Source of the DNA: Alphaproteobacteria bacterium | GTDB lineage: Bacteria; Pseudomonadota; Alphaproteobacteria; UBA7887 | Reading direction: 5' to 3' | Assembly: GCA_965216755.1 (NCBI GenBank) | Contig: CBDCGL010000011.1 | Span: 2,592,001 to 2,656,000 of the forward strand | DNA: 64,000 bases | Shown: one piece after another, positions 11,278 through 20,903 of the stretch | Layout: the number at the start of each line of letters is the position of its first letter | Position numbering within the stretch: position 1 is the stretch's first letter | The notes under the pieces: generated by a model | The model's database searches: none | What the model saw: the letters and a program-made list of their open reading frames with translations, nothing else | Told to the model about the DNA's origin: nothing | Translations under genes and position numbers: made by a program

Positions 11278-12117
11278 TTAGCGTCGCGCAGCGGCGAGCC
11301 GTACGCCTTCGTCGCGCGGCGCGTGCGCTTCACGGGCTGTTTCTAACCACGCATCATAGTCTTGTTGTGATACCGCCTTGACGGCGATGGGCATGAAAGC
11401 ATGTTGGACGCCGCACAGCTCCGAACATTGGCCGAAATACAGTCCCGGTTCGTCGACCAGGAACCACGTTTCGTTGACCCGTCCAGGCACGGCGTCCATT
11501 TTTACGCCGAGCGACGGCACCGCCCAAGAATGCAAGACGTCGTTGGCGGTCACCAAAACCCGAACAACTTTGCCAACCGGCACGACGATGTCGGTGTCGG
11601 TGGCCAACAGATAGGGCCGTTCGGGAGTCGCTGACTCTTCGTCCAGCGGGAAGGAGTCAAAAGTGATCCCGTCGTCGGGATACTCATACGTCCAGTACCA
11701 TTGATAGCCGATGGCCTTGATGGTCATATCGGCTTCCGGCACCACGGCCTGTTGGTAAAGCAGCTTAAAACTGGGGATCGCGATCAAGACCAAAATGATG
11801 ATCGGCACCACAGTCCATGCCACCTCCAGGCCAGTACTGTGCGTGGTGCGGGTCGGTTGCGGATTCGCTTTTTTGTTGAAGCGCAGAATCACATAGACCA
11901 GCAAGCCCAGCACAAACAGCGAGATGAGCGTGATCACGACCAACAGCATGTCGTGAAATTTCATCATCTCGGCCATCACCGGCGAGCCGGCTGCCTGGAA
12001 CCCCAGTTGCCAATCGACCGCCCGCCCGACGGTGTCCTGTGCCAGCGCGCTGCGCGCCAACAGCAGAACTGCGGCGCATACCCCACCGGTATGCGCAAGC
12101 ACCTTCGGTAACGACAT
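11278..12117 (-). CDS. ctaC: Cytochrome c oxidase subunit II
   Basis: GYQWYWTYEY, DVLHSW, CuA motif CSELCGVQHAFM. Signal peptide from ATG 12117; the ORF is open to TTG 12156. Confidence 0.96.
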   Translation of the reverse strand: MSLPKVLAHTGGVCAAVLLLARSALAQDTVGRAVDWQLGFQAAGSPVMAEMMKFHDMLLVVITLISLFVLGLLVYVILRFNKKANPQPTRTTHSTGLEVAWTVVPIIILVLIAIPSFKLLYQQAVVPEADMTIKAIGYQWYWTYEYPDDGITFDSFPLDEESATPERPYLLATDTDIVVPVGKVVRVLVTANDVLHSWAVPSLGVKMDAVPGRVNETWFLVDEPGLYFGQCSELCGVQHAFMPIAVKAVSQQDYDAWLETAREAHAPRDEGVRLAAARR

Positions 12118-12242
12118 AAATCGAGCCTCACTCCAAACTTGAGCTGATTGCCGCAATGTCCCTCGCGCGCCCCCTCGCCCGTCGCGATCGAGTTATTTTT
12201 TGCGACGGCTCCTCGCCGAGCGGGCAAACATGCGGCGGCCGC

Positions 12243-12272
12243 ACCTTACACAGCGCCCTGGACGCAAATCAA
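12243..12272 (-). promoter_or_regulatory. Putative sigma70 promoter of the cox operon overlapped by an FNR/FixK-like box
   Basis: The minus strand reads TTGATT-N18-TAAGGT. The 14-mer TTGATTTGCGTCCA (12259-12272) is one mismatch from TTGA-N6-TCAA. Confidence 0.4.
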
Positions 12273-12324
12273 GCCCACAGGATTGCCAATTCACAAAATC
12301 GCCAGCGCCGGCGCCGGCCCCGAT

Positions 12325-13647
12325 TCATTCGTGATCGGGGATTTCTGGGTCGACCGCACCGTGGCCCTTCGATGTCGCTTTGCGGACCCGGCGTACGAAC
12401 CACCAGATCAGCAGAGCCACCGGAAATACGCTTGCCCCAGCAATTTGATTCGGAGTTAACGGCAAACCCGTGTCGCTTAGCGCTTTTGCGATGTAGGTCA
12501 TCAGGCCGACCGCGTAATACGTGATCGCGACCACCGACAGCCCTTCGACGGTCTGCTGCAGACGCAGTTGCAGGCGCGAGCGGCGGTTCATCGATGCCAG
12601 CAAGGCACGGTTCTGATCGGCCAAATGTAGGTCGACACGGCTGCGCAACAAAGCACTGGCGCGGGCCAAACGCCGCGACAACGCTTGCTGTCGATCGCGC
12701 AAAGACTCGCAGGTGCGCAGCGCCGGCGCCACCCGACGCTGCAAGACCTCGTCGATCAACTGCGACCCGGAAACACGTCGCTCGCGTAGTTCGCCGACCC
12801 GCTGCTGCACCAGTATGTGATAGGCGCTGGCGGCGCTAAACCGATAGTTGGTGGCAACCGCGACACGCTCGATATCGACGCCGATCGATAGCATCCGGTC
12901 GAGCAGGTTCTGTTGGGCGGCGAGGCCGGTTGCCTCGGGCAAATCGGCGACCGCCTCAGCCAATCGCTGATCGATCGCGGTCACCTCGGGCCCGTGCCGT
13001 CGCGCCAGCGGAAACCCCAGCAACGCCAAGGTGCGATAGGTCTCGATTTCCAACAAGCGCTGGACGAGGCGGCCGCATTGACCGCCGACCAGACCACGAT
13101 CGTGGATCAGTATCCGCGTTGCATCGGCGTCGCGGCGAAAGTCGAGCCAGGCTTGGGCATGTTCATCGGCGACCAAGCTGGTGACCGGACTATGGAACAA
13201 TTTGGCGATTTGTTCGTCACTTGGCGTCCGCGCCGCGCGGGCCAGCAAGACAACATTGGCGGCCGCAATCACCTGACCGGGCAACGCGGCCAACCAATCG
13301 CGGGGAACGTCGTCGATCGCCGGCTGATCGAACTGATCCCCGACGGCGGCGGTCTCCGATGTTTTGGATACGACCGTCCATCCGGTGAATTCCGTGTGCC
13401 GTTCCCAGCGCAAGTCGAAGCGGGGAAACGTGCCGAAATACTGGCGCGCCCCCGATGCTGGCGCGACAACCCCAAATGCCTCGCACAGATGCGCCAGATG
13501 TTGCTGTTCGTGATCGCTGGCGGTCTCTCCGGTCAACATCACGACATGGCTCAGCCGGGCCGGCGCGCTCAGCTCAATCGGCGGCCGCGCATGCACCTCG
13601 TTGGCCAGCGTCTTGCGCAACGGATGGTCCGGCATGGGCAATATCAT
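12325..13647 (-). CDS. DUF3422 family membrane-anchored protein
   Basis: HPLR..LANEVHARP, LRWERHTEF, GRLVQRLLEIETYRTLALLG, LQLRLQQTVEGLSVVAITYY, C-terminal TM pair. Confidence 0.88.
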   Translation of the reverse strand: MILPMPDHPLRKTLANEVHARPPIELSAPARLSHVVMLTGETASDHEQQHLAHLCEAFGVVAPASGARQYFGTFPRFDLRWERHTEFTGWTVVSKTSETAAVGDQFDQPAIDDVPRDWLAALPGQVIAAANVVLLARAARTPSDEQIAKLFHSPVTSLVADEHAQAWLDFRRDADATRILIHDRGLVGGQCGRLVQRLLEIETYRTLALLGFPLARRHGPEVTAIDQRLAEAVADLPEATGLAAQQNLLDRMLSIGVDIERVAVATNYRFSAASAYHILVQQRVGELRERRVSGSQLIDEVLQRRVAPALRTCESLRDRQQALSRRLARASALLRSRVDLHLADQNRALLASMNRRSRLQLRLQQTVEGLSVVAITYYAVGLMTYIAKALSDTGLPLTPNQIAGASVFPVALLIWWFVRRVRKATSKGHGAVDPEIPDHE

Positions 13648-14081
13648 CGATGCGCCTCCAATACGGCCGCCGCGGCCGCGAAATCGACTTGGTCCGCGAT
13701 TGACGCAGCGACTTGTCGGAACAAGACGGTATCGTCGTCACCAACGACAAACAGCGCCGGTGCCAACAGCCCGACACCGAGGATCAACACGCCCAGACCT
13801 TCGGCTTGGCGCATCGACAGGTCTATCGAAGACCAACCGGCGCGAACCGCCCACGCCGCGCCAATGGTCGGGGCGTCCCAACTCGCCGCCATCAAGTGGC
13901 ACCAACCGGCCACGACCGGTGAAGCGGCGAATTGCGCCGGTCGCCGGTGATCCGCGTGCTCAAAACTCAGCGCGGTGAGCAAGACGCGGATTCCCGCGCC
14001 GGGCACTAGCGCGCCGACGGCCGCCACCTGCCCGGCCATGGCCAAAGGGCAGAGCCGATCTCCGATTCTTATGGTTGACAT
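13644..14081 (-). CDS. Hypothetical protein (145 aa, hydrophobic segment)
   Basis: ATG start; the stop overlaps the DUF3422 start (ATGA); no family recognised. Confidence 0.4.
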   Translation of the reverse strand: MSTIRIGDRLCPLAMAGQVAAVGALVPGAGIRVLLTALSFEHADHRRPAQFAASPVVAGWCHLMAASWDAPTIGAAWAVRAGWSSIDLSMRQAEGLGVLILGVGLLAPALFVVGDDDTVLFRQVAASIADQVDFAAAAAVLEAHR

Positions 14082-14252
14082 GTTCGTGACATCGAATTCG
14101 CGGCCGACATCCTTGGAGCCAGGCTCACCACGCGCTACATAGGATCAACATAAGGATAGACTGTTCCCGCGAGGATGACGGGCATGCGCGTCGATGATGG
14201 CTTGTCCGAAGCAGCGGTTTGTCCAACACAAAAGTCCTGACTGGAGATCTCG

Positions 14253-15689
14253 ATGGCCGACATTGCACGACTGGATGACTTGTTTTTCAATCGGACCGGC
14301 ATGGATCGGGAACGAGTGCAAGACATGGTGGGCGACGCCCTTCATGGTGCCGATGATGGCGAGCTATACCTGCAATACGGCCAGTCGGAAAGCTTCTCAT
14401 TCGATGATGGCCGCTTGAAGAGCGCGAGCTTCGACACCTCGCAGGGGTTTGGCCTGCGCGCGGTTTCGGCCGAAGCCACCGGTTATGGTCATGCCTCCGA
14501 ATTGAGTGAAGCTGCGATCGGGCGCGCGGTCGACACGGTCAAGGCCGTCCGCAGTGGCGAGACGCCGATGGTCGACGTCGCGCCGACGCCAACCAACCGC
14601 CGCCTTTATGGTGATGAAAGCCCGCTGCAGGCGGTGCCCTTTGCCACCAAGGTCAAATTGCTGGAAGACATCAATGCCTACGCCCGCGCCAAGGATGCGC
14701 GTGTGCGTCAGGTCATGGCCTCTTTGAACGGGTCTTGGCATGCCATCGAGATTCTGCGCGCCGACGGCGCGCGCGTTGGCGACATCCGCCCACTGGTACG
14801 GCTAAATGTTTCCGTGGTCGTCGGCGATGACGATCACATGGAAAGCGGCAGCTACGGATCCGGCGGACGGATCAACTATGACACGCTGCTGGACCCTGCC
14901 ACCTGGCAAGGTCATGTCGACGAAGCGTTCCGCCAAGCACTGGTGATGCTGGAGGCGCGCGCCGCGCCGGCCGGGGAAATGAAAGTGGTGCTGGGTCCGG
15001 GCTGGCCGGGCATCCTGCTGCACGAAGCCATCGGCCACGGGCTGGAAGGCGATTTCAACCGCAAGAAGACAAGTGTGTTTTCGGCCCTGATGGGCGAACA
15101 AGTGGCCGCTCCCGGGGTCACAGTGGTCGATGACGGCACGATGATGGATCGGCGCGGCTCGCTCACTATCGATGACGAAGGCACGCCAACACAAAACACG
15201 ACGTTGATCGAAGACGGCCGACTGGTCGGCTACATGCATGACCGGCTCAACGCGCGGCTGATGAAAACCGGCTCCACGGGCAATGGCCGACGCCAAAGCT
15301 ATGCCCATCAACCGATGCCGCGGATGACCAACACGGTGATGCTGGCGGGTCAGGAACTGCCCGGCGACATTATTAAAGGCGTTGACCGCGGCCTTTACGC
15401 GGTCAATTTCGGCGGCGGCCAAGTTGATATCACCAGTGGCAAATTCGTCTTTTCCGCGTCCGAGGCCTATTTGATCGAAGATGGCAAGACCACCGCGCCC
15501 GTCAAAGGAGCGACGCTGATCGGCACCGGCTTCGAAGTTCTGAAAAAGGTCAAGGCGATCGGCAACGACATGAAGCTGGACCCGGGGATCGGCACCTGCG
15601 GCAAGAATGGCCAAGGGGTACCGGTTGGCGTCGGCCAACCAACCCTGCTGGTCGACGGCCTGACCGTCGGCGGGACCGACGCAGCCTGA
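14253..15689 (+). CDS. tldD: Metalloprotease TldD
   Basis: GWPGILLHEAIGHGLEGDFNRK, TGNGRRQSY, PMPRMTNT, GTCGKNGQGVPVGVGQP; RBS GGAG. Confidence 0.96.
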   Translation: MADIARLDDLFFNRTGMDRERVQDMVGDALHGADDGELYLQYGQSESFSFDDGRLKSASFDTSQGFGLRAVSAEATGYGHASELSEAAIGRAVDTVKAVRSGETPMVDVAPTPTNRRLYGDESPLQAVPFATKVKLLEDINAYARAKDARVRQVMASLNGSWHAIEILRADGARVGDIRPLVRLNVSVVVGDDDHMESGSYGSGGRINYDTLLDPATWQGHVDEAFRQALVMLEARAAPAGEMKVVLGPGWPGILLHEAIGHGLEGDFNRKKTSVFSALMGEQVAAPGVTVVDDGTMMDRRGSLTIDDEGTPTQNTTLIEDGRLVGYMHDRLNARLMKTGSTGNGRRQSYAHQPMPRMTNTVMLAGQELPGDIIKGVDRGLYAVNFGGGQVDITSGKFVFSASEAYLIEDGKTTAPVKGATLIGTGFEVLKKVKAIGNDMKLDPGIGTCGKNGQGVPVGVGQPTLLVDGLTVGGTDAA

Positions 15690-15880
15690 TTCCTGACCAA
15701 TCAATCGCATGATAACAAAAGGGGAGACTTGGCACCGATTGCCCACCGGCGCCCGATACGTAACGTGTAATACTTTCATTGCGCTCCGCCGTCGGGACGG
15801 ATAGGCTCAGCCAGCATTCCAGCTTTCGTTTGGGCTGAACGCGTCGTCAGAACGCGCGCCAGCCGAGGGTTAATTGGGTT

Positions 15881-17143
15881 ATGACACACGGTGCCGACCC
15901 CCAGGGCAAAGTGCTGCTGCTGGGTAATTACCGGTCGATGATCGCGGCAACGCGACTGCTCGGCCAAGCCGGCTACCAAGTCATCGTGGGCCGCACGCCG
16001 GAACGCACCGCCCATGCGGAAGCATCGCGATGGGCCGCTGAAACCTGGGATCACCCCTCGCCCCCCGACCAACCGGAAGCCTTTATCGCAGCACTTGAGA
16101 ATTTTCTTGCGCGCAGGCGGGATGTTTCGGTCGTGCTGCCCATGAGCGATATCGAAATCGCGACATTGGCCCAGCATTCACCGCGCCTGCCGGCTGGCGT
16201 CGCCATGGCCATGTTGTCGGCTGAGATCCTCAACATGTGCGAAAACAAAATCGAGCTCATGCGCCTGGCCAGCGCGCATGGTATTCCCCAAGCGCGCTAT
16301 GACTTGGTCAGCAACCGCGCTGATCTAATTGCGGCCGCCGCGCGCATTGGCTTTCCCTGTATTGTCAAAAACGCTGATTCGCAAGCACGCGTATTTGGCA
16401 AGAAAGCCGTGATCTGTTCGAACGCCGCCGACTTGGATCGTGCCTTTGCGACATGGCCCGAGGGTTTCGACGCGCTGATTGTGCAGGGTTATGTCGCCGG
16501 CAGACGCTACAATGTCTCGGTGGTCGCACGCGACGGCGAATGTCTTGCCCTGATGCAAAGCTTGGTGCGCCGCACCGACCGCGCTGACGATACCGGACAA
16601 AACATCGATTCGGTCAGCGTGCCCGTGTCACCGGAATTTCGTCGCCAATGCGAGATCTTGACCGCCGCGATGAACCTGAATGGCATCGCTTTGTTCCAGT
16701 TTATCGAGAATGCTACCGACTGTACGACCCATTTGCTGGAGGTCAATCCACGGATGGGGCAGATGTTCGTGCTCCACGCGTTCTGCGGGCTGAACTTGCC
16801 AGTGTTGGCGGTAAAGATCGCACGTGGCCAACCATTAGAACCAAGCGAACTGCCGGACGCCTATCCGACCGGCAAGAATTGCGCCCATTTGGAATACGAC
16901 CTCAAGGGTCTGAAGCACGATCTCACCGCCGGCGACATTTCGCTTTGGCGTGCCGCACAATGGCTGCTTGCCGCATTTTGGTCGTCACTTCGCGCCCACA
17001 TCCATGTCACCTGGCAGTGGCGCGACCCTTGGCCCAGCTTGATGATTTACGGCGCGCCCTTGTATCGCCGATGGCTGCGTTTGACCGGCCGGAAGCCACG
17101 ATCGGCGACCGCCAGGTCGGCGGCCCGGCCAGCCGACGGCTGA
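15881..17143 (+). CDS. ATP-grasp domain protein, substrate unknown
   Basis: ENK..LMRLA..HGIPQA, IGFPCIVK, IVQGYV.G, HLLEVNPR. Confidence 0.8.
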   Translation: MTHGADPQGKVLLLGNYRSMIAATRLLGQAGYQVIVGRTPERTAHAEASRWAAETWDHPSPPDQPEAFIAALENFLARRRDVSVVLPMSDIEIATLAQHSPRLPAGVAMAMLSAEILNMCENKIELMRLASAHGIPQARYDLVSNRADLIAAAARIGFPCIVKNADSQARVFGKKAVICSNAADLDRAFATWPEGFDALIVQGYVAGRRYNVSVVARDGECLALMQSLVRRTDRADDTGQNIDSVSVPVSPEFRRQCEILTAAMNLNGIALFQFIENATDCTTHLLEVNPRMGQMFVLHAFCGLNLPVLAVKIARGQPLEPSELPDAYPTGKNCAHLEYDLKGLKHDLTAGDISLWRAAQWLLAAFWSSLRAHIHVTWQWRDPWPSLMIYGAPLYRRWLRLTGRKPRSATARSAARPADG

Positions 17144-17144
17144 C

Positions 17145-18236
17145 GTGACGCAAACTCGTGTTCCTTGCGTTTTGATGCGCGGCGGGACGTCGCGCGGCCC
17201 GTTCTTCTTGCGATCCGACCTGCCGGCGGCGCGCGCCCAACTCAGCAAGGTGCTGTTGGCGGTAATGGGATCGCCGCATGATCGTCAGATCGATGGCTTG
17301 GGCGGCGCAACGCCGCTGACCAGCAAAGTTGCCATTGTCTCGCCGGCCAAACAGGGCCCGGCACAAATTGACTATTTATTTGCCCAGATTGCGATTGACC
17401 AAGCAAGCGTTGACTATGGTCCGACTTGCGGCAACATGCTGGCCGGTGTCGGGCCGTTTGCGATCGACGCCGGGTTGGTACCGGCGGATGACGGTGAAAC
17501 CCGAATTCTGATCCGCGCGGTCAATACCAACGCTTTGATCGAAGCCACCGTACAAACGCCGGGGCGGCGCACGACATACGAAGGCGATGCCCGGATCCAC
17601 GGCGTGCCTGGCACGGCCGCGCCCGTGATCCTGGGCTTTCGGGACTTGGGTGGCGAACAGACCGGTGCTCTGCTACCGACCGGAAACGCCCAAGATACGA
17701 TCGACGGCATTGCCGTGACATGCCTGGACGCGGCCATGCCGGTGGTGATCGCGCGCGCCCAAGATTTGGGCAAGGGCGGGCATGAAACAGCGGCGGCCTT
17801 GACCGCCGACAGCGCATTTATGACGCGCATCGAGCACATTCGACGTCAGGCGGGTCTGCGCATGGGCATGGGCGATGTGGCCGGTCGCGTGATCCCCAAG
17901 TTCGCAATCGTTGCCGCCTCGAAAAATGACGGCGCGATCGCATCACGCTATTTCACGCCGCAAAGCTGTCATCCGGCTCATGCGGTTACCGGCGCGATTT
18001 GCGTGGCAGTGTCCACAGCCATGGCTGGAACCGTCGTCGCCGGGCTCGGCCGAACCACGGTCCGCGACGACGGCCCCATCACGCTGGAACACCCGGCAGG
18101 CACAATCACGATTGGCCTTTCGGTGGACGGCAAGGATCGCCACTTGCGTGTGCGGCAAGCGTCCATCATGCGCACGACCCGCCGCCTCATGGCCGGCGAA
18201 GTCTATATCCCCAGCAATCTGTGGTCGCCCGCTTAG
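17145..18236 (+). CDS. PrpF/FldA family isomerase (4-oxalomesaconate tautomerase-like)
   Basis: MRGGTSRGPFF, QIDGLGG, SKVAIVS, CGNMLAGVGPFA, EHPAG, RTTRRLMAG. GTG start 1 nt after the ATP-grasp stop. Confidence 0.9.
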   Translation: MTQTRVPCVLMRGGTSRGPFFLRSDLPAARAQLSKVLLAVMGSPHDRQIDGLGGATPLTSKVAIVSPAKQGPAQIDYLFAQIAIDQASVDYGPTCGNMLAGVGPFAIDAGLVPADDGETRILIRAVNTNALIEATVQTPGRRTTYEGDARIHGVPGTAAPVILGFRDLGGEQTGALLPTGNAQDTIDGIAVTCLDAAMPVVIARAQDLGKGGHETAAALTADSAFMTRIEHIRRQAGLRMGMGDVAGRVIPKFAIVAASKNDGAIASRYFTPQSCHPAHAVTGAICVAVSTAMAGTVVAGLGRTTVRDDGPITLEHPAGTITIGLSVDGKDRHLRVRQASIMRTTRRLMAGEVYIPSNLWSPA

Positions 18237-18706
18237 ACATCATCGTGCGATTGCGTCAGCCGCACCGACATCAAATGAAACCCTGTCCGCGCCGCGAACC
18301 CATGGCGCGCGTATAGCCGGCGCGCCGGATCGTTGCCGCGATCGACTTCAAGGTGAAGGGCTTTGATGCCGTCGGCGGCGGCACGTGCTTTGACGGTCTC
18401 AAGACAGTGCCCACCCAAACCCCGGCCGCGCGCATCCGGCGCAACAAAAAACTCATCGACAAAGCCATCGCGACCGCCGAACTCGATGGAGAAGCCGTAA
18501 CAGATAGCCAGATAACCGATCAGGCCGTCGGCGCGTTCAAGGCACCATATCGCCCCCAGCGACGAATCACCGAGCAATCGGGCCACGGCTTCACGTCGCG
18601 CCGGAGCGGTCGTGTTCAACCCCTCAAAGGCGTGATAGGCCGCCACCAGGGGCAATAGGTCATTTATGTCTTGTGGCTGCGCCAGACGCAGTGCGATATC
18701 GCTCAT
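18233..18706 (-). CDS. GNAT family N-acetyltransferase
   Basis: FSIEFGG, DEFFV...ARGRGLG, LEV...N..ARRLY...GF. Confidence 0.88.
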   Translation of the reverse strand: MSDIALRLAQPQDINDLLPLVAAYHAFEGLNTTAPARREAVARLLGDSSLGAIWCLERADGLIGYLAICYGFSIEFGGRDGFVDEFFVAPDARGRGLGGHCLETVKARAAADGIKALHLEVDRGNDPARRLYARHGFAARTGFHLMSVRLTQSHDDV

Positions 18707-18863
18707 GGCGCAAAGCGTATCGCGCGCGGCGAAATACGCAACCGGCAATATTGCCCATCCCTCGCGCACCTCACAATCGTGTAATAATCTTTGTCATAGC
18801 AATTGTCTAGCGCGATACCGAACACGCGATCAGCGGGTAGAAGAAGTTCAGTCCAAGGGAATG

Positions 18864-18885
18864 GGCGCCGACGTGTGTCGGCGCC
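18864..18885 (-). terminator. GC-rich hairpin downstream of the fasciclin gene (possible terminator)
   Basis: Perfect 9-bp stem GGCGCCGAC-gtgt-GTCGGCGCC; the U-tract is weak. Confidence 0.5.
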
Positions 18886-18912
18886 TTCTAACCGATACGG
18901 GGGTGACGGCAC

Positions 18913-19422
18913 TTACGACGGAATCAACACCGTGTCGATCACGTGAATGACACCATTGCTGGCCTCGACATCCGCCTGAATCACGTTCGCTTGGTCGACC
19001 TTGACGCCGTCGCGCGCATCGATATCTATGTCTTGGCCTTGCACTGTTCCGACCTGGAGGGACTTCCCGGCGATATCACCGGACAAGGTTTTGCCCGGCA
19101 CCACATGATACGTAAGTATGGCCACGAGTTTGTCGCGGTTCTCGGGCTGTAGCAAGCTCTCCACCGTGCCGTCCGGCAATTTGGCAAAAGCTTCGTCGGT
19201 TGGCGCAAACACCGTGAACGGTCCTGGGCCTTTCAGCGTATCGACAAGGCCGGCGGCATCGACCGCCGCCACCAGCGTGTTAAACGTGCCGGTGCTCACC
19301 GCGATATCAACAATGTCGCTTTGCGCCGGCGTTTGGGTGCCCGCCGTCGTCATGGTGCAGGCCGTGGCAAACATCGGCACGACTGCGGCCGCGACGACCA
19401 GCACTTTGGGTAGCTTCAACAT
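18913..19422 (-). CDS. Fasciclin (FAS1) domain protein, secreted or lipoprotein
   Basis: [35 protein letters not shown]; N-terminal signal with Cys (ATAC). Confidence 0.95.
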   Translation of the reverse strand: MLKLPKVLVVAAAVVPMFATACTMTTAGTQTPAQSDIVDIAVSTGTFNTLVAAVDAAGLVDTLKGPGPFTVFAPTDEAFAKLPDGTVESLLQPENRDKLVAILTYHVVPGKTLSGDIAGKSLQVGTVQGQDIDIDARDGVKVDQANVIQADVEASNGVIHVIDTVLIPS

Positions 19423-19462
19423 GATGTGACTTTCCGGTTGGTCAGCGTGATGAAAGCCTTTT

Positions 19463-19488
19463 TACGACCGGCCCCGGCGATCGGATCA
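19463..19488 (-). promoter_or_regulatory. RpoE-ChrR type ECF promoter for the fasciclin gene
   Basis: The minus strand reads TGATCC-N16-CGTA, ending about 40 nt before the start codon. This matches the known sigmaE(ChrR) consensus. Confidence 0.7.
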
Positions 19489-19605
19489 CAATCCTGCGAA
19501 AAACGGATTACAGCCAGGTTTGATCCCGGCCCAAAGGGTCACCCCATATGAATGATTGACATGCGTTGCGCGTTCGGCGCCGAACAAAGACGACCGAGCC
19601 GCGCA

Positions 19606-20274
19606 CTAATATCGTCCCAAGATTTGACGAATGCGGCCAATGACGCCGGTCATCACCACCTGGCCATCGGTCACGCCGAAACACAAACAGTCCTCATCAT
19701 CGTCCATGATCGGACGATGCTCTTGTCCCGGTTCGATCACCAACAAATCGCCGCGCCGAAAATGACCATGCTGATCGGAGAATCCACCAGCGAGAACCAA
19801 GGTCAACTCGGTGCCTTGATGGCGATGTCGCGGCAAGGCGCCGCCGGCACGCGTGCGCACCAAACGCGCCTTGGCGCCATCTTCCGCGAGGCTGGCCAAG
19901 TCGGTGATGGTTACCCCGGGCAAAGGGCGGCGCCAGTTGAGCGACTTGATCGATTGGCCGGCCAGCGCCCGCAACGGCGCCGGCACCAACCGCGCGGTTT
20001 CCGAATCCTCTGGAACCGGTGCGCGTGAGTCCAGGTCTAATGGCGCGGGCTCGTCAAGTCTCGCCAAAACATGTGCCAAGGCATCTTCATCCAATGGCGC
20101 CGGCTCGAGTTCGCTCAAGATCTCGCCGCCCAGCACCTCCAACGCTGACGTCGTCTCCCGACAACGCGGGCACAATGTCAAGTGCGCAGCGATCGCCGTT
20201 TCCATCGGCATGGGCAAACTCGCCGTCACATAACCCAACAAAAGGTCATCGCCAGGATGGTGTTGGGCCGTCAT
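19606..20274 (-). CDS. chrR: Anti-sigma factor ChrR (zinc anti-sigma domain plus cupin)
   Basis: HHP...HLTLCPRC zinc ligands; cupin HRHQGTELTLVLAGGF; start overlaps the sigma-factor stop. Confidence 0.92.
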   Translation of the reverse strand: MTAQHHPGDDLLLGYVTASLPMPMETAIAAHLTLCPRCRETTSALEVLGGEILSELEPAPLDEDALAHVLARLDEPAPLDLDSRAPVPEDSETARLVPAPLRALAGQSIKSLNWRRPLPGVTITDLASLAEDGAKARLVRTRAGGALPRHRHQGTELTLVLAGGFSDQHGHFRRGDLLVIEPGQEHRPIMDDDEDCLCFGVTDGQVVMTGVIGRIRQILGRY

Positions 20275-20849
20275 TCTGACTCCTCCAAAGTACGGCGCAG
20301 ACGTGCCAGTCCCAGACGGGTTCGCGATTTGACCGTTCCCAGTGGCAGATCGAGATCTTCGGCGATGCGGCTTTGCGACTTGCCCTCGAAATAGGAAACA
20401 CGCAGCACTTCAGCTTGGTCACCTGGCAATTCCTGCAACGCAGCCCGCAAACGCCGTGCACGCCGACGGGCATCGATCCGTGCATCGGTATCCGGGGCCT
20501 CTGCCGGCTCGAACGCCGGATCATGGGGATCCACCTCGGCCCGCGTTATCTTGCGGATCCGATCAATAACTCGATTGCGCGCGATCGCATAGATCCACGT
20601 CGACACCGACGCCTGGCTGCGATCATAAGTTGACGCACGTCGCCAAACAGCGAGCATGACCTCTTGGGTCACCTCATCAGCCCCCGACCATTCAACACCC
20701 ATGCGCAAAGCCAGCGCCTTCACCTTGGGCGCGTAGTGTTGATAGAGCGCCGCAAACGCGGACCGATCGCTGTGTTGCGCGATCGCGGTCAGGTGACTGG
20801 TGAAATCGTCCGGTTCGCGGTGCGCGTGCTTCAGAGTTTTGTCCTGCAT
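20271..20849 (-). CDS. rpoE: ECF sigma factor (RpoE, ChrR-associated)
   Basis: QEVMLAVWRRA..YD, TWIYAIARNR.ID, PLGTVKSR.RL; adjacent to chrR. Confidence 0.9.
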   Translation of the reverse strand: MQDKTLKHAHREPDDFTSHLTAIAQHSDRSAFAALYQHYAPKVKALALRMGVEWSGADEVTQEVMLAVWRRASTYDRSQASVSTWIYAIARNRVIDRIRKITRAEVDPHDPAFEPAEAPDTDARIDARRRARRLRAALQELPGDQAEVLRVSYFEGKSQSRIAEDLDLPLGTVKSRTRLGLARLRRTLEESE

Positions 20850-20903
20850 GCCGTCGCCAGCGGGCCAGATGTCGAAAGCGTTGGTTTCATGACCATTCGT
20901 TGG

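Noticed and set aside
14112-14140. CTTGGA-N16-GCTACAT as an RpoH-like promoter for tldD, with a similar motif upstream of the M16 pair near 48860-48885
   Set aside because: Plausible but degenerate; it cannot be separated from chance by eye.
15709-15804. 31-codon ORF (MITKGETWHRLPTGARYVTCNTFIALRRRDG) between tldD and the ATP-grasp gene, considered as a RiPP (graspetide) precursor
   Set aside because: It has no RBS, no repeated Thr/Ser/Lys plus Asp/Glu core and no recognisable leader. This tldD is the housekeeping type normally found near cox genes.
19572-19585. Perfect 14-bp palindrome GTTCGGCGCCGAAC after chrR
   Set aside because: No U-tract in the terminator orientation and no second copy noticed.
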